From IMG/VR virus record IMGVR_UViG_3300034107_000364: a DNA stretch of 64,000 bases. The stretch is one strand, 5' to 3'. Made by a program: the position numbers and the translations under genes. Shown here piece after piece: positions 26,549 to 36,700 of the stretch. The notes under the pieces are model-generated. The model was not told where the DNA came from and ran no database searches. It saw nothing but the letters and a program-made list of their open reading frames with translations. Numbering within the stretch: position 1 is the stretch's first letter; every line of letters starts with the position of its first letter. The DNA comes from a virus. Taxonomy: Duplodnaviria > Heunggongvirae > Uroviricota > Caudoviricetes.

Positions 26549-26807
26549 TTATTTTTCTAGTGGTAAAAACAATAAATCAAATTGGTTTAAAGTCATTGAT
26601 GGTATAGTTGCTAACGATGCCGATATGTTTTTTAACGCATTGTATCAAGCTATAACTAATCATCCAACGTACGTTATTGCATCTGATATGGAAGATGAAC
26701 GTAAGAGCACTATATTAGGCGCAATGTTAAAACACTTTGAAATCAAAGAAGAATTTGAAAAGTGCGCTGAAATAAACAAAATTAAAAAACAAATCAAAAT
26801 ATGCTGA
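26541..26807 (+). CDS. Hypothetical protein with UVR-like EEFEKC motif
   Basis: FEIKEEFEKCAEI. Confidence 0.6.
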   Translation: MNSYFSSGKNNKSNWFKVIDGIVANDADMFFNALYQAITNHPTYVIASDMEDERKSTILGAMLKHFEIKEEFEKCAEINKIKKQIKIC

Positions 26808-26983
26808 TAATTGAAGTAAATAAAGGTAACTTAGAACAGGCTCTAAAACAATATAAAGGAAAGGTTATTAGAACCAAACAATTAAAAAAACTCAGAGATC
26901 AGCAAGATTTTACAAAACCATCCGTTAAGAATCGCCTAAAACTACAAAAGGCTAAGTATCTAGAATCAAAAAAGAATTCTTAA
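26801..26983 (+). CDS. rpsU: Phage-encoded ribosomal protein bS21
   Basis: MLIIEV..GNLEQALKQYK.KV.....LKKLR....FTKPSVK.R.....AKY, Bacteroidota-type S21 pattern. Confidence 0.9.
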   Translation: MLIIEVNKGNLEQALKQYKGKVIRTKQLKKLRDQQDFTKPSVKNRLKLQKAKYLESKKNS

Positions 26984-27098
26984 TAACATATTATTAAAAT
27001 ATCCTAATATTTACGTATTGAATATACAGATTAGGGTATACAATTAAATAATATATACACAGAGGAAATATTCCTCGTATAAAAAAAAGCACACTAGG

Positions 27099-27359
27099 AT
27101 GGCAAGCTTTATTTCCAATTCGGATAAAGATAGTTTAATGAGAGCTAGTTATTATCAAATCACTAGAAATTTCACAAAAACTGTAAATCGTTTTATAGCA
27201 TTCAAGGATAGTGACCGTATCGTAGAAATACCTCACGGTATCAAACAGCGCAGCAAATTTATCGACTTAATGATCAAATACTTTGAGGATTTAGAAGAGT
27301 ATGAGAAGTGTACAAAGTTGATGAAACTTAAAGAACTTGTCATAATGGCAGGCGATTAA
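27099..27359 (+). CDS. Hypothetical protein with UVR-like EEYEKC motif
   Basis: YFEDLEEYEKCTKL. Confidence 0.6.
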   Translation: MASFISNSDKDSLMRASYYQITRNFTKTVNRFIAFKDSDRIVEIPHGIKQRSKFIDLMIKYFEDLEEYEKCTKLMKLKELVIMAGD

Positions 27360-27373
27360 AAATAAATAACTAT

Positions 27374-28093
27374 ATGAATAAAGGTAGTGGACAATCAAAG
27401 AATGAACAATCAAGACAAAGTAAAGGCGGTACAATCGCAACAGGTCTTAAACAAGTTAGCCTTAGACAATCACAACAAAAATATGTCAAACACATAGAAG
27501 AAAACGACATCACCTTTTGCTACGGTCCAGCAGGAACATCGAAAACATTTACAGCATGTTACGTAGCACTTAAATTATTAGAAGAAAAGAAAGTCAAAGA
27601 AATTATTCTTTGCAAACCGATACAAGAAGCTGGTGAGAAATTAGGATTTTTACCAGGTACAAAAGAAGAGAAGATCGATCCATATATGAATTCATATATC
27701 TCGAATATTACAAAAATAGTAGGAGGTCAACAAGCCAAATATCTATTCGATAGCAATACAATTAGATTTGAACCATTAGCATACATGAGAGGTGATACTT
27801 ACGATGATGCACTTATGGTTTTAGACGAAGCTCAAAATGCAACATTTAAACAACTTATGTTATTCGTTACTCGTATGGGTAAAGATAGTAAAGTGTTAGT
27901 TACGGGTGACGTTAGTCAACATGACATCTCAAGACAACAAGTAAGTTTACCTAGTTTTATTGACATCATGAAAGACATTAAAGGCGTTGGGGTACACGTG
28001 TTCGGCAATAGCGATATAGTTAGAGCTAAGATTTTACAAGACGTTGTACAGCGTTACGATGAATGGAGAGCGAAGAACGAATCTAAATTTTAG
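27374..28093 (+). CDS. phoH: PhoH-family ATPase
   Basis: GPAGTSKT, EKLGFLPG, LAYMRG, LDEAQN, TGDVSQHD. Confidence 0.95.
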   Translation: MNKGSGQSKNEQSRQSKGGTIATGLKQVSLRQSQQKYVKHIEENDITFCYGPAGTSKTFTACYVALKLLEEKKVKEIILCKPIQEAGEKLGFLPGTKEEKIDPYMNSYISNITKIVGGQQAKYLFDSNTIRFEPLAYMRGDTYDDALMVLDEAQNATFKQLMLFVTRMGKDSKVLVTGDVSQHDISRQQVSLPSFIDIMKDIKGVGVHVFGNSDIVRAKILQDVVQRYDEWRAKNESKF

Positions 28094-28134
28094 AAACAAT
28101 TTGATTGATCCATGTATAACTACTAAACATATAC

Positions 28135-28767
28135 ATGGATCAATATCAAATTTTATTAAAGCATAGTCATACTGGAAACCAAAACATCATTGAGATTGGA
28201 TTGGACGAAGCGGGCCGAGGTGCATTATCAGGACCAGTAACCGTAGCTGCATGTATTATGCCATTCGGTTTTCAACACGAACTTATTAAAGACTCAAAAC
28301 TATTGAGCGAACCTCAACGAGTAGATGCTCGTAGAATGGTACTTGAAAATGCATTAGCATGGTCAATTGTCCATATTCCAGTTGAGGAAATAGAATCCAC
28401 GAATATTCTTAAAGCTACATTAAACGGTATGAAACAATGCCTTGATAATGTTGCTAAAGATTATAAGTTTGATTTTATTCTTGTTGATGGAGATCAATTT
28501 CATGGATACGAGGGTGTTCCATTTGAAACCATCATCGGTGGTGACAATACTTATGTCAGCATCGCAGCAGCTTCTATATTAGCTAAGACAGAACGTGACC
28601 TTCTTATGAAGGACTTAAGCGTTGAATTTCCAGCATATGGTTGGGGATCAAATAAAGGTTATGGTACAAAGCAACATCGTGATGCTATTGTAAGTGAAGG
28701 TGTAACACCTCACCACAGATATTCCTTTATTAGTCATATGTTAACCAAGACAAGCACTTTATTTTGA
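28135..28767 (+). CDS. rnhB: Ribonuclease HII
   Basis: GLDEAGRGALSGPV, KDSKLL, VDG, SIAAASILAK..RD, NKGYGT..H, HRYSF. Confidence 0.95.
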   Translation: MDQYQILLKHSHTGNQNIIEIGLDEAGRGALSGPVTVAACIMPFGFQHELIKDSKLLSEPQRVDARRMVLENALAWSIVHIPVEEIESTNILKATLNGMKQCLDNVAKDYKFDFILVDGDQFHGYEGVPFETIIGGDNTYVSIAAASILAKTERDLLMKDLSVEFPAYGWGSNKGYGTKQHRDAIVSEGVTPHHRYSFISHMLTKTSTLF

Positions 28768-29108
28768 GAAATTTATTAGCAGGTATTTTATTATTTTTAA
28801 TTGGTCAATCTTTAGTTTGGTTTCAAACTAATAGTCAGTTCTTTTCTACATGGGCTAAAAACCATCCTTGGATAATTTCAATAACTGGTGGAACAATTAT
28901 TAGTTTTACATTTATACATGCTACCAATTTTCTGGCAAAATATTATAACGGTGAACTTTGGCCTGGTAGATTTATTGGCTTTGCAACTGGAATGATTGCA
29001 TTCTCAACACTCACATATATGATAATGAACGAGAATATCAATGCCAAAACATTTGTTTGTTTAGGACTTGCTTGTGCTATCATTTTAATACAATTATTAT
29101 GGAAGTAG
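28764..29108 (+). CDS. Small multi-pass membrane protein
   Basis: Four hydrophobic segments. Confidence 0.65.
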   Translation: MRNLLAGILLFLIGQSLVWFQTNSQFFSTWAKNHPWIISITGGTIISFTFIHATNFLAKYYNGELWPGRFIGFATGMIAFSTLTYMIMNENINAKTFVCLGLACAIILIQLLWK

Positions 29109-29359
29109 AAAAATTGAAATTACCTTGGTTAGAAAGTGGAAAACCTACCACTGTTGCTGTTTATAGAAAAACAAAAACCAGCAAAATCTATTACATGATA
29201 GTTACAAATGTCCATGTGGATATTATAAATAATCTTAGAGCAACTAAGCCAATTATAGACCATAAATACGAAATAGTAGAACTTGGGATAGGTGTTGGCT
29301 TTATAAAGTCATATGCAAAGGCATATAAGATAAAAAAAGCGCAAATAATAGAAAAATAA
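29099..29359 (+). CDS. Hypothetical protein
   Basis: ORF; start reassigned to MEVEK. Confidence 0.5.
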   Translation: MEVEKLKLPWLESGKPTTVAVYRKTKTSKIYYMIVTNVHVDIINNLRATKPIIDHKYEIVELGIGVGFIKSYAKAYKIKKAQIIEK

Positions 29360-29370
29360 ACTCTAAATAA

Positions 29371-29415
29371 TTTTTTTATGTCAATTATTATTGGTATATT
29401 AGCTGTATAAATAAA
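29371..29415 (+). promoter_or_regulatory. Putative early promoter (partial copy)
   Basis: TTTTTTTATGTCAATTATTATTGGTATATTAGCTGTATAAATAAA. Confidence 0.65.
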
Positions 29416-29426
29416 AGATAAACTAT

Positions 29427-29651
29427 ATGAATACAACAGAAAAACTAGGAACAATATTTGGAGCCCTAGCTCTAGTAGCTTTAGCAGCTTTAATTTTAGC
29501 TCTTCCTACTCAATTATTATGGAACTATTGTTTAGTACCAGCGGTTAATGCTGTGAATCCTATTGGATTTTTTCAAGCGTTAGGAATTAATGTGCTAGCA
29601 TCAATCTTATTTAAAAGCACTACGTCTAACTCGAAAACAACAACTAAGTAA
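29427..29651 (+). CDS. Small membrane protein
   Basis: Two hydrophobic segments, LLWN...P...IGFFQALG. Confidence 0.65.
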   Translation: MNTTEKLGTIFGALALVALAALILALPTQLLWNYCLVPAVNAVNPIGFFQALGINVLASILFKSTTSNSKTTTK

Positions 29652-29652
29652 T

Positions 29653-30105
29653 ATGCAAAAGAAGATAATGTACTTAGACATGGACGGTGTTCTTGTGGAC
29701 ATCTTCAAAGCATGTGAAACCAAATATGGTAAGGAATCAATATCTGAAATTGGTGATTTATTAGATGAGGATCCTCAATTGTTTTTTGAAGCTGAGCCTA
29801 TTCCTGGTGCAATTGAAGCTTATAATAAATTGATCGAAGTATTCGATGTATATTTATTGACTAGCGCACCTTGGAAAAGTATGGGTTCTACAGAAGCTAA
29901 ACAACGATGGGTTATGAAATACTTAGGTGCATCTGCTGATAAGCGCATGATTGTAAGTCACAATAAGAATTTAATGATCGGTGATTATTTGATTGATGAC
30001 AGAACTGCTAATGGTGCCGGTGAATTTAAAGGTGAATTAATTCAATTTGCCACAGAAAAATATCCTGATTGGGATTCAGTATTGGAATATTTAAATGTTA
30101 ATTAA
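29653..30105 (+). CDS. 5'(3')-deoxyribonucleotidase (HAD, NT5C-like)
   Basis: YLDMDGVLVD, LTSAPW, K..WV, GDYLIDDR. Confidence 0.85.
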   Translation: MQKKIMYLDMDGVLVDIFKACETKYGKESISEIGDLLDEDPQLFFEAEPIPGAIEAYNKLIEVFDVYLLTSAPWKSMGSTEAKQRWVMKYLGASADKRMIVSHNKNLMIGDYLIDDRTANGAGEFKGELIQFATEKYPDWDSVLEYLNVN

Positions 30106-30107
30106 TT

Positions 30108-30341
30108 ATGGACACTATGGAAACTTTAAAAATTATTAAAGTTGCACATGACAAAGCTAACAGAATTATTTTGTCTTGTGAAACATCAGATCAGATGATA
30201 GCTGCTACGAAGTATGTTAAGTATCTAAAAAGATTATGTACAAGTTTGGCTTGTAAGGACTCTGCTCAATTAAACTATTTAAGGCAGGTGGAAGAGAGTG
30301 TAGAATCTACGCTCAGAATTAAAAGAAAATCGTTTAGATAA
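30108..30341 (+). CDS. Hypothetical protein
   Basis: 77-aa ORF. Confidence 0.5.
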   Translation: MDTMETLKIIKVAHDKANRIILSCETSDQMIAATKYVKYLKRLCTSLACKDSAQLNYLRQVEESVESTLRIKRKSFR

Positions 30342-30376
30342 GCTTATTTAAGCGATTTGGGTAATCCTGATTGAAA

Positions 30377-30445
30377 TTGTTCGTAACTTTTTTAGCCAGG
30401 ATTTTTTTATGTCAATTATTTGTCGTATATTTACTATGTAATTAA
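30377..30445 (+). promoter_or_regulatory. Putative early promoter repeat
   Basis: First ~39 bp identical to the 24195 copy. Confidence 0.7.
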
Positions 30446-30457
30446 AAGATAAACAAT

Positions 30458-30862
30458 ATGAACAAGTTAAAAGTTAGTGTTTCTGGATATAGTGGTCACA
30501 GTCCAGAATTCTTCCCCGAGGGGTTTAAACAAAAATTAATAGAAGCAATAATTGCTACCAAACAAAGTGACACATTTAAACAATATGATTTTGGATCTCA
30601 ATGGATGTCTGGTCGTAGGGTTGAAGATAACGAGCGAGTAGCTTCTGTTATTTTAGGTGAGATGCATAGTTCGGCTATTGAATCATTTACAGAGTCTAGA
30701 TTTATAGATAGAACTCCTGAGATTACTCTATTAGCTCAAATGAATTGCTTAGCGATTTGTGAGAATATGTCTGACTTAGATATACAAGAATGGGTTATGG
30801 CAGCTTTATCATATTCTGGCGAATGTGACCATTGGTATACTTATGAAAAACAATGGGACTAA
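30458..30862 (+). CDS. Hypothetical protein
   Basis: 134-aa ORF after the promoter repeat. Confidence 0.55.
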   Translation: MNKLKVSVSGYSGHSPEFFPEGFKQKLIEAIIATKQSDTFKQYDFGSQWMSGRRVEDNERVASVILGEMHSSAIESFTESRFIDRTPEITLLAQMNCLAICENMSDLDIQEWVMAALSYSGECDHWYTYEKQWD

Positions 30863-30894
30863 TAAACTATTTTAAAAACGATAATATAATAATT

Positions 30895-31347
30895 ATGAAA
30901 AAAACAGTAATATTTGATTTAGACGGAACTTTGGCATTAATCGATAAGAGACGTGCACTGGCCTCTAAAGACAACGGTAAAATAAACTGGAAAATATTCT
31001 TTGATCCTACTAACATTTCTTTGGATCAACCTAATGTACCAGTAATTGAAATGGCCAAAACTTTAAAGGCTCAAGGTCATTCAGTAGTTATCTTCTCTGG
31101 TAGAGATGCTATCAGTAGAAAAGAAACTATTGCATGGTTAAACCAATTTGGTGTACCGTTTGATGTATTGAAGATGAGACCTGAAGGATCATTTACTCCA
31201 GATGATGTGTTAAAACAAGATTGGTTGGATCAATTGTTTCCAGATAAATCTGATATTTTATGCATCTTTGATGACAGAGATAAAGTAGTAAAAATGTGGA
31301 GATCAAATGGTATCGCATGTTTTCAAGTAGCACCCGGAGACTTTTAA
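30895..31347 (+). CDS. HAD phosphatase, PNKP 3'-phosphatase-like
   Basis: IFDLDGTLA, FSGR, LKMRP, D..LK, FDDRDKVVKMWR.NG..CFQVA.GDF. Confidence 0.85.
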   Translation: MKKTVIFDLDGTLALIDKRRALASKDNGKINWKIFFDPTNISLDQPNVPVIEMAKTLKAQGHSVVIFSGRDAISRKETIAWLNQFGVPFDVLKMRPEGSFTPDDVLKQDWLDQLFPDKSDILCIFDDRDKVVKMWRSNGIACFQVAPGDF

Positions 31348-31358
31348 AATTATAAATT

Positions 31359-31724
31359 ATGATACGCGACGAACAACCAAAAATTCTTGTGGACATGGAC
31401 GAAAACGGAAATCTAGTCTTAAATGATGATTTCGTAGAAATGTTCTATAAAGAACAGGAACAAAACTGGAAATTAGTTAGAGAACATGACAACTTAACTA
31501 AAAAATCACGAGCTGTAATTTGGATCGAATGGAATGAAGACGGTTCTTTTAAAGAACAGTTTGAACAGGTTGCACTTAATAGAAGTTTAATCATGTCACC
31601 ATTTAATCAATCATTTACTTGGCAAACAACCAGTGTTACTGAGATTGTAGAACAACGTGATGACTACATTAAGTTCAAAACAAAGAATTCCAATTACGAA
31701 TTATTTAAAATAACCAATGAGTAG
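31359..31724 (+). CDS. Hypothetical protein
   Basis: FTWQTT...FKTKNSNYEL phage-type motif. Confidence 0.6.
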   Translation: MIRDEQPKILVDMDENGNLVLNDDFVEMFYKEQEQNWKLVREHDNLTKKSRAVIWIEWNEDGSFKEQFEQVALNRSLIMSPFNQSFTWQTTSVTEIVEQRDDYIKFKTKNSNYELFKITNE

Positions 31725-32301
31725 GCAATTCACATGGTGGAGAAGATTTCATGGCGTTGTAAAAATTCCTAAGCAATACTTGTATAAAGGTGCTAGCGAA
31801 CTTTTACAACGCATTGAATTCGGTGAATATGAATTCGATCATTTAGGTAGAGAAGTCTATTTAGAAGATGTTATTTACCAGCACAAAGAGGACTTGATTA
31901 AAAAAGAAAGTCCATGGCTAAATTCTGAAACATTAGTAGATGCTACGGATTATGAACGCAAACAGCGTAATAAGCGAAAAGCTGTTATGATGAAAAAACA
32001 TCTCGAGTATGAATCGGTTTTACTTAGAAAACTTAGAGATGATTTGGCACATGAATTTGGATTAGAACCAGAATTAGTTGGTGATTTAATGGAAACATTC
32101 GATGGTACAACTAGAGAAATTTATTTTAAATGCATGAGCATTTCTATTAATAAAGAAGTAGATCCAGAAAAGATGCAACGATTTTTTAAAGAACAACCTA
32201 GACATATATTGAAACCTAAAGAAAGGAAATATGCAAACCTATGGATTGATCTTATTAAAGAACGAAAATGGGCCAAGTTTTTAAATTGGGAAAACATTTA
32301 A
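31717..32301 (+). CDS. Hypothetical protein
   Basis: 194 aa, FTWWRRF N-terminus. Confidence 0.6.
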   Translation: MSRQFTWWRRFHGVVKIPKQYLYKGASELLQRIEFGEYEFDHLGREVYLEDVIYQHKEDLIKKESPWLNSETLVDATDYERKQRNKRKAVMMKKHLEYESVLLRKLRDDLAHEFGLEPELVGDLMETFDGTTREIYFKCMSISINKEVDPEKMQRFFKEQPRHILKPKERKYANLWIDLIKERKWAKFLNWENI

Positions 32302-32316
32302 TAATATAACAGTATA

Positions 32317-32532
32317 ATGGACATGTGGATCATATACACGCTAAGATATTTCTTGATAGGTTTTATATTTAATTTAATATATGACATTATAATTTATTAT
32401 ATGAATCGTGAAGATTTACGTTTCAATATAATAGAAAGATTTGTATTTGCTTGTATGTGGCCAATTTATGCAATCATGCTAATTCACACTTTTATCAAAA
32501 CAATTATATATGGTCCAGACAATGACGAGTAA
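32317..32532 (+). CDS. Small membrane protein
   Basis: Two hydrophobic segments, WP motif. Confidence 0.55.
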   Translation: MDMWIIYTLRYFLIGFIFNLIYDIIIYYMNREDLRFNIIERFVFACMWPIYAIMLIHTFIKTIIYGPDNDE

Positions 32533-33448
32533 TTATGGATATTGTTGTATAAACACAACGCTACAGAAATCTGAGAAGATTACAACAAATCGTACGATGA
32601 TTAAGAAAACGTTTACTGAACGTGGTATTCAATACGCTTCTGAATTAGCATTGCAAAACGCTAGAGACCTTTCACGCATTATTAAATGGAATCATGAAAA
32701 TGGTATTAAGTTATTTCGTATTAGTTCTGATATGTTTCCTTGGATGAGCGAATATGAATTGTCTGATTTACTAGATTACGAACGCATCAAGAATATATTA
32801 TCAGGCACTGGTAAATTAGCTAAGTCATATGGACAAAGATTGACATTTCATCCAGGTCCATTCGATGTTTTAGCTTCTACCACACCCTCGGTTGTAACTA
32901 AATGTATCAAAGATCTTAATAAGCATGGCGAAATTATGGATCTTTTGGGTTTACCTCGTACACCATATGCTCCTATAAATATACACGTTAATACTACTCA
33001 AGGTGGGAAAGAAGATGCCATGAAACGTTTCTGTGCTAACTATGAGTTGCTTGATGATTCAGTTAAGTCTCGTTTAGTTGTTGAGAATGACGACAAGGAA
33101 TCTCAGTTTACTACAGAAGATCTTTACGAAGGTGTTTATAAAGTTATTGGTATTCCAATTACATTTGACTATCACCATCATTGGTGTCATCCTGGAATTT
33201 TAAGTCAAGAAGATGCTCTTAAACTTGCAGCCAAATCATGGCCTAAAGATGTTAAACAACTTGTACATTATTCATCTTGTCAAATGATTCATGAGAATTC
33301 AGAACAAACTAATAAGCGAGCGCATGCAGATTACATATATGAATTTATAGATACTTATGGGTTAGCACTCGATATAGAGTTAGAAACTAAAGCCAAAGAA
33401 TTAGCTCTTATAAAATATATGAAACAATATCAATGCGAATTAGTATAA
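32522..33448 (+). CDS. uvsE: UV damage endonuclease
   Basis: GYCCIN, LFRISSDMFP, RLTFHPG, INIH, RLVVENDD, FDYHHH, HYS, AHADY, ELETKAKE. Confidence 0.92.
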   Translation: MTSNYGYCCINTTLQKSEKITTNRTMIKKTFTERGIQYASELALQNARDLSRIIKWNHENGIKLFRISSDMFPWMSEYELSDLLDYERIKNILSGTGKLAKSYGQRLTFHPGPFDVLASTTPSVVTKCIKDLNKHGEIMDLLGLPRTPYAPINIHVNTTQGGKEDAMKRFCANYELLDDSVKSRLVVENDDKESQFTTEDLYEGVYKVIGIPITFDYHHHWCHPGILSQEDALKLAAKSWPKDVKQLVHYSSCQMIHENSEQTNKRAHADYIYEFIDTYGLALDIELETKAKELALIKYMKQYQCELV

Positions 33449-33465
33449 TCATTAAAATATAAAAT

Positions 33466-33711
33466 ATGAGTTTAAAGGTAGATGCTCTTAGAGCAAAATA
33501 TATCGCAATGCGATTGGAAGCTGTTGCAACATTAGAGATTTATACTAAAAATGCAGTGGGTATTGGTGAACACCCTCAAGTAATTGAGGAAATGGACAAA
33601 CTAATTAGAACGGTGTCAGATGCTAATGGTTATTTAGAGACATTGGACAAAATCTTTGTTCAGACTGATGAAGGATCTACATTAGGTGAAAACGGGCCAG
33701 TTAATGGCTAA
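33466..33711 (+). CDS. Conserved phage hypothetical protein
   Basis: NAVGIGEHP motif. Confidence 0.65.
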   Translation: MSLKVDALRAKYIAMRLEAVATLEIYTKNAVGIGEHPQVIEEMDKLIRTVSDANGYLETLDKIFVQTDEGSTLGENGPVNG

Positions 33712-33733
33712 ATCAAGAGGACTAAAGTTTATT

Positions 33734-33765
33734 AAAGCGGTATAAGAAATTATACCGCTTTTTTT
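33734..33765 (+). terminator. Intrinsic terminator
   Basis: AAAGCGGTATAA-GAAA-TTATACCGCTTT plus T-run. Confidence 0.85.
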
Positions 33766-33796
33766 ATGAATATATAATTATAAAAATAACAAGCTG

Positions 33797-36700
33797 ATGT
33801 CAAATTCAAAAAAATTAACAGATTATAATTTTGCGCACGGTCTTCATCGTGGTCAAAACGGTTTTTATAGACCAATTTTGCCCGAAGATGTAAATCGACC
33901 TTTAACGCATGATGAAATGGATTATAATATTCAGCTTATTGGAGGTATTATTGGTGGATATAGAGTAATAGGAACAGGTACAGATAGCGTATTAGATGTA
34001 ACTAATGATGCAAATAAAAGCTTAAAGCTGTATAAAGTAACATCAAATGATACTGAAATTATTGCTAGTGGATCTGAAATCAACGATCTAGTTTGGATTG
34101 TAGATACTGAGGTTCTTTCCTTTGGAGAAGTAACTGACGATTTGATACCAAACCAGAATGAGGTGTATGATTTAGGTTCTCCTACTAAAAAATTTAGAGA
34201 TCTTTATTTAAGTAACAACACATTATATTTAGGTACAAATACACTAAGTATGGTTGGAGGTAGCTTACAAGTTAATGGAAGTCCAATTGGTGCCGGTAGT
34301 GAATTATTAGATAATATTAATGACGTAGCTAATCTTTTAGGAATTGAAACATCGATCAGAGTTGAGGCAATAACAGACATAAATAGTCAAATAAATTTAA
34401 TAGCTGATGAAAATTCTGCAATGGCACAATCAGTGCTCGATCTTGATACTCAATTTACAGCAGATTTAACAAATGCTATAACTGGTGAAACATTAGCTAG
34501 AACAACAGCCATATCTGGTATAAATCAAACTTTAACTTCATTATCTAATGCTAACGCAGCAACAGCACAATCAGTGCTCGATCTTGATACAGCTTTTACA
34601 ACTGAGATAACTGCGGCAGTTGGTGCTGAAACAGCATCTAGAACAACAGCAATATCTGGTATAAATCAAACTTTAACCTCATTATCTAATGCTAATCAAG
34701 CAACAGCACAATCAGTGCTCGATCTTGATACTCAATTTACCGCAGATTTAACAAATGCTATTACTGGTGAAACATTAGCAAGAACAACAGCCATATCTGG
34801 TATAAATCAAACTTTAACCGCACTATCTAATGCTGATGAAGCAACTGCACAGTCGGTTACCGATTTAGGTACAGCTTTTACTGCTGACATAACCGCTGCA
34901 GTTGGTGCTGAAACATCAGCAAGAACAACAGCAATATCTGGTATAAATCAAACTTTAACTTCAATATCTAATGCTAATCAAGCAATTGCACAATCAGTTA
35001 CTGATTTAGGTTCTTCTTTTACTAGTGATATAGAAGATGCAGTTGGTGCTGAAACATTAGCAAGAACCGCAGCAATATCAGATATAAATCAAACTTTAAC
35101 TTCAATAACTAATGCTAATGAAGCAACAGCGCAGTCAGTTACTGATTTAAGTACATCTTTTACCAGTGAAATCACTGGAGCAATTTCAACTGAAGCGCTA
35201 GCAAGACAAAATGCTCTTGCAGCTGAAGTATTAGCAAGAGCCGCAGCAATACAAAGCGCTGTAGATTTAATTCCTGATCCTACAGGATTTGCAACAACTG
35301 AAGATTTAGAAGCAGAAACAACTAGTAGAGTTAGTGCTATAGCAGCAGAAGCTGCTGAAAGAGCACGTCTTCTAGGAATAGAAACAACAGCTAGAACAAC
35401 AGCAATATCTGGTATAAATCAAACGCTAACAACATTAAATGATGCTAATTCAGCAACAGCACAGTCTGTAACAAATTTAAGTGCATCTTTTGCAAGTGAT
35501 TTAACAGACTTAGAAACTGATCAAAATCTTTTAAGAACAAATGCAATTGCTGAGGTAGAAAGTTCAATATCAGCATTAACAACTGCAAACGAAGCTGTTG
35601 CCCTTTCTGTTACTAATTTAGGTACACAATTCGAAACTGATATCGATGCAGCAATTACAGGAGAAGCTGCTATAAGAGCATTAGCAATAACAAATATAGG
35701 TGAACAAATATCTTCTTTAAGTAATGGTGATGGAGCAAACGCGACCAGATTAAATACTTTGGAAGCACAATATACAATAACAGACGGATCGATACTTGGT
35801 TTTAGCCAAACTTCTGCTCTTAAAACTGTAATTGATTCTGCAATCGCAACTGCTAATCAAGCAACTGTAAGTTCAACAACTGATTTAATAGCAGAATTAG
35901 GAGAGCAAACTGCCGGTGTAACACAATCAATGAGTGCAGATATTAATGCACTTACTAATAAAGTAAACGCGCAATACACACTAGAAGTAAATGCTGATGG
36001 TAATGTTGCTGGTATGAGATTAGGCGCAGATGAAACTGGTAGTTCAATTGCATTTACAGCAGATTCCTTTAAAGTATCTTCTGGAGGTCCAAATGGAGAA
36101 TTATTAACTCCATTCTCTATAGTAAACGGACAAGTTGCATTTAATGGAGCTGTTAGTTTTTCTTCAGGCACTACTGGTCCTGCTGGTCCTGCCGGTACTA
36201 ATGGTATTAATGGTACTAATGGTAGAGATGGTGCTGATGGTACAAATGGTTTAAATGGATCAAATGGTCTCCCTGGAGCACCTGGTGCCGATGGAGTTTC
36301 TACATATTTCCATGTTGCATATGCTGATACTGCTTCAGGCGGAGGATTCAGTCAATTACCAGCCGGCAAACTCTATATTGGTACTTATGTTGATACAACT
36401 GCAGATGACGCATCATCTGCTAGTAATCTATGGAAATGGCAACTAGTTAAAGGAGAAGATGGTCTTAATGGAGAAAACGGTATCGCCGGTGTTAATGGTG
36501 CTGATGGATTAACTTCATATTTACATATTGCCTATGCTACAAACGCAACAGGTACAACTGGTTTTCACTTAAGTCAATCACTAGATAAAACTTACTTAGG
36601 AACATACACTGATTTTACTGAAGCTGACTCAACAAATCCAGCTCTTTATACATGGACTTTAATTAAAGGTGCTGATGGTGCTGATGGTTTAAATGGATCG

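Noticed and set aside
20037-30445. CRISPR array or IS ends suggested by the repeated intergenic block
   Set aside because: Copies are kilobases apart, sit in front of genes, have no regular spacers, and no cas or transposase gene is present
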